From assembly GCA_041661645.1 (NCBI GenBank), contig JBAZUA010000003.1, positions 22,841-86,840 on the forward strand: a DNA stretch of 64,000 bases, in the 5' to 3' direction. Under the pieces are notes generated by a model. It did no database searches. It had not been told where the DNA came from and saw only the letters and a list, made by a program, of their open reading frames with translations. Source of the DNA: Minisyncoccota bacterium (GTDB lineage Bacteria > Patescibacteriota > Minisyncoccia > Phycocordibacterales > UBA6065). The translations under genes and the position numbers were made by a program. Within the stretch, counting starts at the first letter, position 1, and every line of letters begins with the position of its first letter. Shown piece by piece: positions 20,216-28,730 of the stretch.

Positions 20216-20686
20216 ATGAAGCGAGACATTCGCGTCCTCCTCCACGATATTCGCAGCGTCCATAACGTGGGCGCGATATTCCGCACATCTGACGCCATCG
20301 GCGTCTCCAAGATATATCTGGGCGGATACAGCCCGATGCCCGTGGACCGATTCAACAATCCGCGCGCGGACTTCTCGAAGGCCGCGCTCGGTTCCGAAAA
20401 GACCATGGCGTGGGAAGGCGTTGAAAGTCCCTTGGCGCTGATCTCAAAATTAAAGGAAGAGGGGTTTCAGGTTGTTTCTGTAGAGCAGGACCCGACATCG
20501 GCTGACTATAAGGAGGTGCGGATGGGGGAAAGGGTTCTCGTCATCTTCGGCAACGAGGTAGCGGGCGTGTCTAAGGGGCTTCTCGAGAAATCGGACGTCA
20601 TAGCCGAGATCCCGATGAACGGGACAAAGGAGTCGCTGAATATCTCTGTCTCTGCCGGCATCGTCCTCTATCGCTGGTTCGACTAA
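20216..20686 (+). CDS. SpoU/TrmH family RNA 2'-O-methyltransferase
   Basis: HNVGAIFRTSDA, GNEVAGV, ESLNISVSAGI motifs. Confidence 0.8.
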   Translation: MKRDIRVLLHDIRSVHNVGAIFRTSDAIGVSKIYLGGYSPMPVDRFNNPRADFSKAALGSEKTMAWEGVESPLALISKLKEEGFQVVSVEQDPTSADYKEVRMGERVLVIFGNEVAGVSKGLLEKSDVIAEIPMNGTKESLNISVSAGIVLYRWFD

Positions 20687-21666
20687 TAGGTTATCGCGTC
20701 AATCGAGTTTCCCTTCGGGTCGACGAGCCGTATAACCTCCTGGCTGTTCCTCCAAAGCTCGGATGTCTGGTCAAGGAAGAGTCTCCATTCGTCCTTGTAG
20801 AATCCCTCCGATCCTTCGTTTCTCTGGGCGCAGCTGTTGTAGTTGAGGTTTTGTGTGACGAAAGCCCTGCATGCGGCAGATAAGCCACCTGGGAAAGTAC
20901 CGTTGAACGCTCGGCAGCGTGGAAGCTCCTTTACGAAATCCTGGCAGGACGCCTCCTGATATGGTCCCGACGCCTTGAGTTCGTCGAGGGGCTCGGGGCA
21001 GTCCTGTCTGAGGTCTGGGGTGAACGTCTGGAACTGATTAAGGTATCCCGTGCAGATGTTCACGCGAAATGATGTGCCGATTGGCGATCTCCCGGACGTC
21101 ACGATGGCTCGACTTGCGGGAGGGAGCAGAACGTCGGTGTTGAGATACGGTGCGCCGAGGATGGGGAGGTTTGCGGCCTGGGGCAGGGTGACGTTCGTGT
21201 CATAGGCACTGTCTTTAATCCTCATGCCCGCAAGTGATGTTGTCGCTACTGCCTGTGGTGCGGCCAGTATGCGCAGGTATTCCTCCTGTGCGACGCTTGA
21301 TTTTGCCCCGGCGGTGCCATCAAGGGATAGGGTCTTTGAGAGAAGGGTCGACGAGTGGATTTTCTGCGCATCTGAGGGCTGGGTGAAGAAATCCCTGATG
21401 CTTTGCTCTGCATTCAGCACGATTTCGGCCGGCGCCTTGGGGAGGTTCAGGGTCGTTTTTCCGTCCGATGTCCCCTTGATATAGGCCTTTCCGTACGTCT
21501 CGCCCGTGTCGAGCGGGGCGGGGGCCTTAATGTACGGTGCCTGCACGGGTGATCTCTGGGCACCCCCAGTGAATATCCATATGAGGCCTATTGCTATGAT
21601 TCCCCATATGAACCAGCCGAATTCCTCGTTAAGTCCTTTGAGTATGTCCATGTCCCTAAGTATCAA
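20683..21666 (-). CDS. hypothetical membrane-anchored/secreted protein with Cys-rich C-terminus
   Basis: 327 aa; N-terminal TM helix; several Cys pairs in C-terminal third. Confidence 0.45.
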   Translation of the reverse strand: MILRDMDILKGLNEEFGWFIWGIIAIGLIWIFTGGAQRSPVQAPYIKAPAPLDTGETYGKAYIKGTSDGKTTLNLPKAPAEIVLNAEQSIRDFFTQPSDAQKIHSSTLLSKTLSLDGTAGAKSSVAQEEYLRILAAPQAVATTSLAGMRIKDSAYDTNVTLPQAANLPILGAPYLNTDVLLPPASRAIVTSGRSPIGTSFRVNICTGYLNQFQTFTPDLRQDCPEPLDELKASGPYQEASCQDFVKELPRCRAFNGTFPGGLSAACRAFVTQNLNYNSCAQRNEGSEGFYKDEWRLFLDQTSELWRNSQEVIRLVDPKGNSIDAITY

Positions 21667-22611
21667 TCACGGGCGGGCTTTAAGCAACTTCTGGTGGATC
21701 GAGCAGAAGTGCGCGCTCCTGCCGCCAACCTTGAGACGGATTACCGTCCCCTTGCAGCCCTTCTTGACGCAGGCCGAACCGGTCTTCCTGTAGGCATTGT
21801 GCCTCTCCTGAAAGGCCCCTCGCAGGCCGTCGATGTTTCGATAGTCGGACATGGAGTCTCCGCCAAAGTCGATGCCGCTTCGCAGGGTTTCCCGTACCGC
21901 TTTCAACACGAGTTTCCATTGTGCCCCTGACACGTTTTTTATTCGCTCGAGAGGGTTGATGCCCACGCGCCAGAGCACCTCGTCTGAGTATATGTTGCCG
22001 ATTCCGGATATGACGGTGTTGTCCATGAGGACGGTCTTTATCGCGCCGTTCGGTTTTCGCGAGACGGCTCGAATCAGGGCGTCGCTGTCGAACGATGCAT
22101 CGAGAGGCTCGGGGCCATGGTGTCGCAGGTGTTCGGACTCGTGAATGGTGGCGGTGTCGACAAGCGTCACCTTGGCGAACTTTCTCATGTCCGAGAGCAC
22201 GAGGGAGGTGCCATCGGAGAAGGAGAGGACGAAGTGTATGAATCGATTGAAGGGGTCGTTCAGGGCAACATCGGCCGGTTCGCTCGGCCTCCACGATTCT
22301 CCCTGGGCATCTTTTTTCGCCAATTTTTTATACGCGCCGTGCATCATGTGCCCGGTCATCTTCATGTGTATTAGGATGGTCTTGCCATTCGAGAGGTTGA
22401 TGAGTATGTTTTTTCCACGTCGCTCTGCCTTGTCTATGCGTGCGCCGACAACGCTCTTCCTGAAGGCGATGAAGAACCTCGGATCCTTTATGTTGTCCTT
22501 GCCCGCATGGATCGTACCGCCGTAATCCGTCCAGGCATCGGATATAACGAGTCCTTTGGCGCGGGAGTTTATTCCGTCGACGGTTGTTTGTACCTCGGGT
22601 AGTTCGGGCAT
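21667..22611 (-). CDS. fpg: formamidopyrimidine-DNA glycosylase (Fpg/Nei family)
   Basis: MPELPEV N-terminus (start chosen there), H2TH region, C-terminal zinc finger CxxC...CxxH. Confidence 0.8.
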   Translation of the reverse strand: MPELPEVQTTVDGINSRAKGLVISDAWTDYGGTIHAGKDNIKDPRFFIAFRKSVVGARIDKAERRGKNILINLSNGKTILIHMKMTGHMMHGAYKKLAKKDAQGESWRPSEPADVALNDPFNRFIHFVLSFSDGTSLVLSDMRKFAKVTLVDTATIHESEHLRHHGPEPLDASFDSDALIRAVSRKPNGAIKTVLMDNTVISGIGNIYSDEVLWRVGINPLERIKNVSGAQWKLVLKAVRETLRSGIDFGGDSMSDYRNIDGLRGAFQERHNAYRKTGSACVKKGCKGTVIRLKVGGRSAHFCSIHQKLLKARP

Positions 22612-22618
22612 AAGAAAG

Positions 22619-23893
22619 TTAGCTTTTCGAGGCGATGGAACTTTCGATTTCCTCACGGGCGACCACGGCATCGCTCCACGGAATCTTCGAGTTGTTCGCA
22701 CCCATGATATATGGATCGGTGCCCTTGCCGGTGATGAGCACGGCGTCACCGGTTTTGGCGAGCGAGATGGCGTGGGCGATGGCGGCGCGCCTGTCCATGA
22801 TGACGTGGGGATGGGCCGAAGGCATGGCCTGGGCCATGTCGTCGACTATTTTCCGGGGATCGTCGTCGTAGGGGTCCTCGTTCGTCAGTATGATCTCGTC
22901 GCATGACCTTGCGGCTATCTGGGCCATCTCATCGCGCTTCCACACGTCGCGCCCTCCGCCGGTGTTGCCGAGCACGCAGATGCGGCGGGACTTCTGGAAC
23001 ACGTCATAGAGCTTCTGCAGGGAGTCGGGAGTGTGCGCGTAGTCGACGATGACGTCAAAATCCTGTCCCGCGTCTATCTTCTCGACGCGGCCGCGTATGC
23101 CCGTGAACTTCTCGAGGGCGAGGCGGCAGATCTCGATGTCGACGCCCTGCGTCTCGGCAAAGGTGATGGCCGCGAGCTCGTTGTATATGTTGAACTCTCC
23201 CGAGAGATGCGACTTGATGAGCTTGTGTCGCACCGTCATGTCGAAGCCGTGCTTGAAGATGTTGTACGGCATGGCATCTGCAAGGGAGTAGGGGTGCTTC
23301 TCGGTGAAGTTCCTGCCGAGGAATTTTGCTGCGTGGGCGTCATCGGCATTCGCTACGATGATGGTCTCGCGCTTTCGCGACCTCACCACGGCGTCGGCTA
23401 TCGAGAGCTTGGCGTTTACGTAATTCTCGAATGACCCATGAGCCTCGATGTGCTCGGGGGCGATATTGGTGTAGATGAGCGCGTCGAAGTCGATGAAGCG
23501 ATGGCGTCCCAGTATGGCCCCCTGCGACGTCACCTCGAGTGTGACGTACGAGCAGCCGGCCTTTGCCGCGCGGGCGATGAATCGCTGGACGAAGAAGCGT
23601 CCCGGCATGGACATCTTGTAGAGATTGTCCGTCGACTCGTCGCCGACCTTGAAGCGTATGGTGTTCGAGAGGGCGGTCTTGAAGCCGGCCTCCTCGAGTA
23701 TTGCGTTCACTATCTCGGTGACGGACGTCTTGCCCTTGGTTCCCGTGACGGCGACTATCTTGATGCGGCGGGAGGGGAAGCGGTACCAGAGGGCGCCGAG
23801 GAATGACATGGACAGGTGATATGCGGGACGGAAAAAGTTCATGACGGGGGCGGGGACTGCCTTGCGGATGGGGTGGAGGATTGAGTCGAGCAT
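22619..23893 (-). CDS. Mur ligase family protein (MurE-like UDP-MurNAc-tripeptide synthetase)
   Basis: VTGTKGKTS P-loop, Mur ligase middle and C-terminal domains. Confidence 0.8.
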   Translation of the reverse strand: MLDSILHPIRKAVPAPVMNFFRPAYHLSMSFLGALWYRFPSRRIKIVAVTGTKGKTSVTEIVNAILEEAGFKTALSNTIRFKVGDESTDNLYKMSMPGRFFVQRFIARAAKAGCSYVTLEVTSQGAILGRHRFIDFDALIYTNIAPEHIEAHGSFENYVNAKLSIADAVVRSRKRETIIVANADDAHAAKFLGRNFTEKHPYSLADAMPYNIFKHGFDMTVRHKLIKSHLSGEFNIYNELAAITFAETQGVDIEICRLALEKFTGIRGRVEKIDAGQDFDVIVDYAHTPDSLQKLYDVFQKSRRICVLGNTGGGRDVWKRDEMAQIAARSCDEIILTNEDPYDDDPRKIVDDMAQAMPSAHPHVIMDRRAAIAHAISLAKTGDAVLITGKGTDPYIMGANNSKIPWSDAVVAREEIESSIASKS

Positions 23894-23931
23894 GGCTGTA
23901 GTATGGCGTATTTCGGGGGTTTAAGGGAGTA

Positions 23932-23960
23932 TTGACTTTAGGTATGTTTAGGTGTATAAT
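23932..23960 (+). promoter_or_regulatory. sigma70-like promoter TTGACT-17-TATAAT upstream of DGR target gene
   Basis: Consensus hexamers with 17-nt spacer, about 190 nt upstream of start at 24154. Confidence 0.55.
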
Positions 23961-24006
23961 ATACAAGTAAGGTAAAACAAGCTCTTTTACATCATTTGCG
24001 AATAAG

Positions 24007-24058
24007 TGGCTGCGGAATACAGGCTGTTTGAGGCCAAATCGTCTGTATTCCGCAGCCA
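24007..24058 (+). other. perfect 16-bp inverted repeat (tggctgcggaatacag ... ctgtattccgcagcca), 20-nt loop, in 5' leader of DGR target
   Basis: Seen directly. Confidence 0.7.
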
Positions 24059-24153
24059 TACCGTTAGCCTGAAGCTGATAAGCTCCCTGGTCCCCATTTC
24101 ATGGGTACAAGGGATGTCACAGTCGATGGTCCGCGCGAGGTTCGGAATCTATC

Positions 24154-24732
24154 ATGAGCAATTCTGAAAATGCTACGTCCGCCCAGCTCCTGCAAGTCAT
24201 CGCCAAGTTCGCCCAAACCATTCCCGTCGATGCAGATCGACGGGAGGTGCAGAAGGCGATCGAGGATAATGACGATCCCTTCTGGGTCTTTCTGAAAGAG
24301 CGTTTCGCCAAGAAGGCTGTCGAGGTCGCGAAGGCGGCCAGAGGCGCCCTTGCCGAGATGGTCGCTCTCGGTCGCTACGACTGGGTGAGCGAGCACATCA
24401 ATGAGAAGAACTTTCCTCCGGAAAGTCTCGTTCTCGGCTCGGACCCCAAGGTCTTCCACTTCAATCGGTATATCTCATCGGAAGATGCGATTGCCGAGAT
24501 GGAGAAGAAGGGATATCGTCCAGCGACTCTCGGTGACTTGCTCGATTACGGGGCCAAGAACCCCGAGGAACAGCGCGAGTATCCGATTGTCGCCCTTGGG
24601 TCTGTCGCCGTCCTCGACGATGGTCGCCGCGTGGCTTGCCTCGGCGGGCACGGTTCGGCTCGCCGCCTCAGCCTGCACGGGTTCGATGGCGACTGGGGTG
24701 GCCACTGCCGCTTCCTGGCGGTTCGCAAATAA
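24154..24732 (+). CDS. DGR target protein (variable protein) with C-terminal variable repeat
   Basis: 192-aa ORF; last ~42 codons form VR matching the TR with adenine-specific differences. Confidence 0.8.
   Translation: MSNSENATSAQLLQVIAKFAQTIPVDADRREVQKAIEDNDDPFWVFLKERFAKKAVEVAKAARGALAEMVALGRYDWVSEHINEKNFPPESLVLGSDPKVFHFNRYISSEDAIAEMEKKGYRPATLGDLLDYGAKNPEEQREYPIVALGSVAVLDDGRRVACLGGHGSARRLSLHGFDGDWGGHCRFLAVRK
24599..24726 (+). repeat. DGR variable repeat (VR)
   Basis: 128 bp; 105/128 identical to TR; all 23 mismatches fall at TR adenines. Confidence 0.85.
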
Positions 24733-25074
24733 GTTCTTTGTCTCCTCATGCCTTTGGATCTAGTCCTTTGGCCCTTGGAAACTTTGGACCTCGACCGCGC
24801 TTTCTTCAAGATTGCGCGGTTTTCTTTTGCCCGATACCCTCATATAATATTCTTCGACAGATGAAAAATCCTCGGTCACGGCTTTGGGTAATCTGTCCGC
24901 AACGCTCGGGAGGGGATTTTTCGCGGCTACGGTTTCGAAAAGAGTCTTCCGTGCCTTCGTTCAAAAATAAAGAACAGTTGGTGTGAGACACTATGCGACG
25001 CACAAGGTCGCTTATACCAAAATACAGCCCCGAGAGCACTCGAGGGGCGGTGGGGCAGACGGTATCTCACACAA

Positions 25075-25202
25075 GGTCTGTCGCCGTCATCGACGATGAT
25101 CGCAACGTGGCTTACCTCAACAGGAACGATTCGGATCGCAACCTCAACCTGAACAGGTTCGATAACGACTGGAATGACAACTACCGCTTCCTGGCGGTTC
25201 GC
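25075..25202 (+). repeat. DGR template repeat (TR)
   Basis: 128 bp non-coding template with 31 adenines (23 substituted in VR); identical 3' end (ccgcttcctggcggttcgc) = IMH-like region; followed by GC hairpin ctcccgagacccagtctcgggag. Confidence 0.85.
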
Positions 25203-25642
25203 TACTGCTCCTTTTTCTCCCGAGACCCAGTCTCGGGAGTTTTGTTTGCCAGCTGTCGCCGCCATCCGCCGAGCATTCTCCCGACCTCGAAGAGCTGTTC
25301 GGAAATGGCGGCGTATTTCTTGCCATCCAAGGCCCGGTTGTCCCATGAAAGCTCAACCAAGAGTTTGAGAAGGTCCACTCGCGAGATGCATCTGTCGAGC
25401 AATACTATCTTTTCAGCTATTTGTGAATAGCTTGCGAGGAAGCAATATTCAATCGCTACAAGAAAGACATCATCTATCTTTGTCCCGAGGGTGAATCGAC
25501 TGGCTTTCGGGAAGTGCGCGAGACAATTCTGCCATGTCCCATAGGACTCCTTTAGCTTAAGGATAACGGGGATGAGCTTTGGTTGCGAAAAACTGCGGGG
25601 GGGGGTAACTTGAGGGGTGTGTCCAGGATTCAATTCTGCCAT
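25202..25642 (-). CDS. avd: Avd-like accessory variability determinant (four-helix-bundle / 23S rRNA IVS protein family)
   Basis: HFPK...IDDVFLVAIEY...KKYAAISEQLFEVGRMLGGW pattern typical of TIGR02436/Avd; encoded on opposite strand between TR and RT; true start likely internal. Confidence 0.55.
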   Translation of the reverse strand: MAELNPGHTPQVTPPRSFSQPKLIPVILKLKESYGTWQNCLAHFPKASRFTLGTKIDDVFLVAIEYCFLASYSQIAEKIVLLDRCISRVDLLKLLVELSWDNRALDGKKYAAISEQLFEVGRMLGGWRRQLANKTPETGSREKKEQ

Positions 25643-26608
25643 GCCTACAAAGATATCATTTCCGTGGATAATTTGCTGTGCGCGTGGAGGGAGTTCAGAA
25701 AGGGGAAGCGTGCCAAGAGGGATGTTCAGGAATTTGAGATAAACCTAACCAATAATATCTTATCCCTATATGAGGAATTAAGGGAAAAACGTTATGAGCA
25801 TGGCGGATATCACGCCTTCAATATCTCTGACCCGAAACCTCGCAGCATTCACAAGGCCCTGGTACGAGACAGGCTTCTCCATCATGCCCTGTATCGCAAG
25901 CTCTACCCATTTTTCGACAGGACGTTCGTCTCAGATTCGTTCTCGTGCAGGAATAATAAGGGCACGCACAGGGCAATCGAGCGGTTTACGGCTTTTGGGC
26001 GCAAGGTATCGAAAAACAACACTCGCACGATCTTCGTCTTGAAATGCGACGTGAGGAAGTTCTTTGCTTCCATAGATCATGATGTTTTGTTCGGGATACT
26101 TTCGATCTATATAAAGGATGAGGATATCCTCTGGTTGTTGAAAAAGGTCGTGTCGAGTTTCAATTCGGGAAGGGAAGGGGTCGGCCTGCCGCTGGGAAAC
26201 CTCACTTCCCAGCTTCTCGTGAACATATACATGAACGAGTTTGACCAGTTCGTGAAGCATAAGATTGGGGCGAAATACTATGTCCGTTATGCGGATGATT
26301 TCGTGACGCTTTCCGACGATAAAGAATATCTTGAGAGGGTGTTGTCGCGAATGGGGGAGTTTCTCAAATCAAATCTCAGGCTCGCGCTGCATCCCGACAA
26401 GGTATATATAAAAACACTAGCGTCGGGGGTCGATTTTCTGGGTTGGGTGCACTTTCCGCATCATCGGGTGCTTCGAGGCGCCACGAGGAGAAAGATGCTG
26501 AGGAATCTGGCGAACGATCCGAAAGAGGCAGCCAGGATTTCATATTTGGGACTGCTCAAGCATGGTAATGCCAAGAGGCTTGAGTGCCATATTGGCCCGC
26601 TTGCCTAA
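25583..26608 (+). CDS. DGR reverse transcriptase
   Basis: LPLGNLTSQ (DGR-specific motif 4), YVRYADDFV (YxDD), N-terminal AWREFRKGKR region. Confidence 0.9.
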   Translation: MRKTAGGGNLRGVSRIQFCHAYKDIISVDNLLCAWREFRKGKRAKRDVQEFEINLTNNILSLYEELREKRYEHGGYHAFNISDPKPRSIHKALVRDRLLHHALYRKLYPFFDRTFVSDSFSCRNNKGTHRAIERFTAFGRKVSKNNTRTIFVLKCDVRKFFASIDHDVLFGILSIYIKDEDILWLLKKVVSSFNSGREGVGLPLGNLTSQLLVNIYMNEFDQFVKHKIGAKYYVRYADDFVTLSDDKEYLERVLSRMGEFLKSNLRLALHPDKVYIKTLASGVDFLGWVHFPHHRVLRGATRRKMLRNLANDPKEAARISYLGLLKHGNAKRLECHIGPLA

Positions 26609-26658
26609 AAAGAGGGAGTAATATATGATATAATCATATTAACTTATAGTATAAATCT

Positions 26659-26868
26659 ATGTCCACATTATCAATACCCCTCACTGCCGACCTCGAGGGC
26701 GTGGTCAACAGGCTCGTGAAAAGTGGCTATGGGGCAAACAAGGCCGATGTCGTCCGAAAAGCACTCCGAAAGCTTTCGGAAGACCAGGCTGTTGAGGCTA
26801 TTCTACGTGCCCAGGCGGAGCCGAGCCTTAAGGGTGATTTGAGGGATCTCATGAAGAAGTTCAAATGA
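26659..26868 (+). CDS. type II antitoxin, ribbon-helix-helix (ParD/CopG-like)
   Basis: 69 aa; 4-nt overlap (ATGA) with downstream toxin. Confidence 0.55.
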   Translation: MSTLSIPLTADLEGVVNRLVKSGYGANKADVVRKALRKLSEDQAVEAILRAQAEPSLKGDLRDLMKKFK

Positions 26869-27125
26869 TAGAACTTCTTTTCAAGCCCTCTTTTGTGCGA
26901 ACCGTAAACGGGCTTGAGGAAGCCTTGGTGGAAGAGGTGTTTGAAAAGATTGAATTATTCAAAGACCCCAAGAACCACGATGCTCTGAGGGTTCATAAGT
27001 TAAAGGGACGTTTTTCTGACTGCCACAGCTTTTCTGTAAATTACAGGTTTAGGATTATATTTGAGTATTCTGGAAAGAAAGAGGCGACACTTCTGTTTAT
27101 CGGTGACCATGATATATACAAGTAG
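26865..27125 (+). CDS. type II toxin, RelE/ParE family
   Basis: 86 aa; C-terminal YRFRIIFEYSGKKEATLLFIGDHDIYK typical of RelE/ParE. Confidence 0.7.
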   Translation: MIELLFKPSFVRTVNGLEEALVEEVFEKIELFKDPKNHDALRVHKLKGRFSDCHSFSVNYRFRIIFEYSGKKEATLLFIGDHDIYK

Positions 27126-27146
27126 GCTCTAGGGGAGAGCGGGCTT

Positions 27147-27716
27147 TTACTTACCCAACATCTTCAATGCCTTTTTCACGCGCTCTCCGGTATCCGTGAT
27201 GGTCTGATCAACCTCTTTGAGAGCCTCGCGTGCCTCCTTGTGGCCATAGCCGAGGGCCTTGAGGGCCTCGAGAGCATCCACCTCGTCGCGAAGGGAGACA
27301 GGGGAGCTGTCCTCGGCGGCGAACTTGCCCTTGAGCTCGAGGACGATTTTCTCGGCAACCTTCTTGCCAATGCCGGAGACCTTGGTCAGATGCGATATGT
27401 CATTGGTCGACACTGCCGTGCGAATGGCCTTCACGCTCGAGACATTCAGTATGCCGAGGGCGGTCTTGGGACCGATGCCTGAGACGGACGAGATGAGAAG
27501 CTCGAAGAAATAGAGCTCCTCCTTGTCCAGGAAGCCATAGAGGGTGTGGGCGTCCTCTCGGACGGCGAGATGGGTCCAGAGGGATACCGTGGAGCCTTCC
27601 TTGAGCCTGTCTATGGTCTGACCGGTGGAAAAGACTTTGTAGCCGACGCCGTGCACGTCCACGACGGCCGAGCGCTCCTCCTTGTCTATAATGGTGCCCG
27701 TGAGGTGAGTAATCAT
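27147..27716 (-). CDS. ruvA: Holliday junction DNA helicase RuvA
   Basis: Start chosen at MITHLTG; domains I-II with HhH GIGPKTA motifs, C-terminal domain III. Confidence 0.85.
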   Translation of the reverse strand: MITHLTGTIIDKEERSAVVDVHGVGYKVFSTGQTIDRLKEGSTVSLWTHLAVREDAHTLYGFLDKEELYFFELLISSVSGIGPKTALGILNVSSVKAIRTAVSTNDISHLTKVSGIGKKVAEKIVLELKGKFAAEDSSPVSLRDEVDALEALKALGYGHKEAREALKEVDQTITDTGERVKKALKMLGK

Positions 27717-27798
27717 ATATAGGGACAAGTATAACAGGGAAGAGGGAGACCCGCAGACTTGCATTTTAACGGGTTCGCTGTTAAAGTAACCGCCACAT

Positions 27799-28062
27799 AT
27801 GCCAATCACATCTTCAGCAAAAAAGGCCCTTCGATCGTCAAAGCGCAAGCGAGTGTTTAACGTTCGTAGGCGCGACGAGATCGGTGCGGTCACCAAGGAC
27901 ATTAAGAAGCTCGTAACCGCAGGCAAGAAGGCGGATGCCCTCAAGCTCCTCTCCCAGGCCTACAAGCAGCTCGACAAAGCCGCAAAGACCGGTTACATCA
28001 AGAAGAACGCCGCTTCCCGAAAGAAGTCCCGACTCGCGACCCTCGTCAAGAAGGCAAAATAA
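27799..28062 (+). CDS. rpsT: 30S ribosomal protein S20
   Basis: 87 aa, Lys/Arg/Ala-rich S20-like sequence (KKALRSSKRKRVFNVRRR). Confidence 0.85.
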   Translation: MPITSSAKKALRSSKRKRVFNVRRRDEIGAVTKDIKKLVTAGKKADALKLLSQAYKQLDKAAKTGYIKKNAASRKKSRLATLVKKAK

Positions 28063-28077
28063 TACGGCTCAACAGGG

Positions 28078-28112
28078 CAAAGAAAAACACCTCAATTGAT
28101 TGAGGTGTTTTT
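28078..28112. terminator. rho-independent terminator
   Basis: aaaaacacctcaattgattgaggtgtttttc; same family as 5160 and 63133 terminators. Confidence 0.7.
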
Positions 28113-28128
28113 CTTTGTGGCTATAAGT

Positions 28129-28413
28129 TTATATTACAAGGGAAAGGAAGACTGAGGCATAGAGAAAGGCGCCGCAATACAAGGTGGATGCTATCACGAG
28201 GGGTTTCCAGAGAAGGTATTTGAGATGAGGGGAATGATCGGCAGACGTTCTGTGATTCATATAAATTGAAATAAAAAGGATTGCGCAACTCAGCGCTAAA
28301 GCGAAAATAAAAGAATTGATGGTTATTTTTGCGGTGATGATACTGGAGTAAATTATGGAGAGGATAAAGAAGTGTATGACGCTTGCGAGTATCGTGCGTA
28401 TGTTGTTTTTCAT
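28129..28413 (-). CDS. small hydrophobic membrane protein (hypothetical)
   Basis: 94-aa ORF, two TM segments, AT-rich region. Confidence 0.3.
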   Translation of the reverse strand: MKNNIRTILASVIHFFILSIIYSSIITAKITINSFIFALALSCAILFISIYMNHRTSADHSPHLKYLLWKPLVIASTLYCGAFLYASVFLSLVI

Positions 28414-28592
28414 GGGATTTATTATACTCCAGGATATCGACCCTTACAGGGTCAGTACCCACGATTGGATTTCGCCCTTCGCCCCTGCGGGCTCGGGGAA
28501 ATCTCAATCGGGCTTCGATTCCTACACGGATGCCCAATGGGCATCCTCTCGAGCACCATATGAAAAAATCCCCAGATGGGGATTTTTTCATA

Positions 28593-28667
28593 TGGTGCTC
28601 TCGGTAGGAATCGAACCTACATTGCAACTTCCGCAAAGTTGAGTCCTATCCATTGAACGACGAGAGC
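28593..28667 (-). tRNA. tRNA-Arg (anticodon GCG), CCA encoded
   Basis: Reverse-strand cloverleaf: acceptor GCTCTCG/CGAGAGC, anticodon loop TTGCGGA, T arm GTAGG TTCGATT CCTAC; 38-bp palindrome at 3' end. Confidence 0.7.
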
Positions 28668-28730
28668 GTGCTACTAACTTACAGGAAATCTGGGAAAAGT
28701 AAACGAGGCGGGCGTTCTGCCCTCATTTAC

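Noticed and set aside
25213-25240. Alternative genetic code (stop-codon recoding) suggested by the ORF reading through the TR and hairpin
   Set aside because: Essential genes in the window terminate at ordinary TAA/TAG/TGA stops (tyrS, polA, dnaN), so standard code is assumed.
24993-25430. 145-aa ORF spanning the DGR template repeat and running through the post-TR hairpin
   Set aside because: It is the TR (non-coding template) read in the target frame; it has no stop before a terminator-like hairpin, its N-terminus lacks gene context, and it overlaps the Avd-like gene on the other strand.
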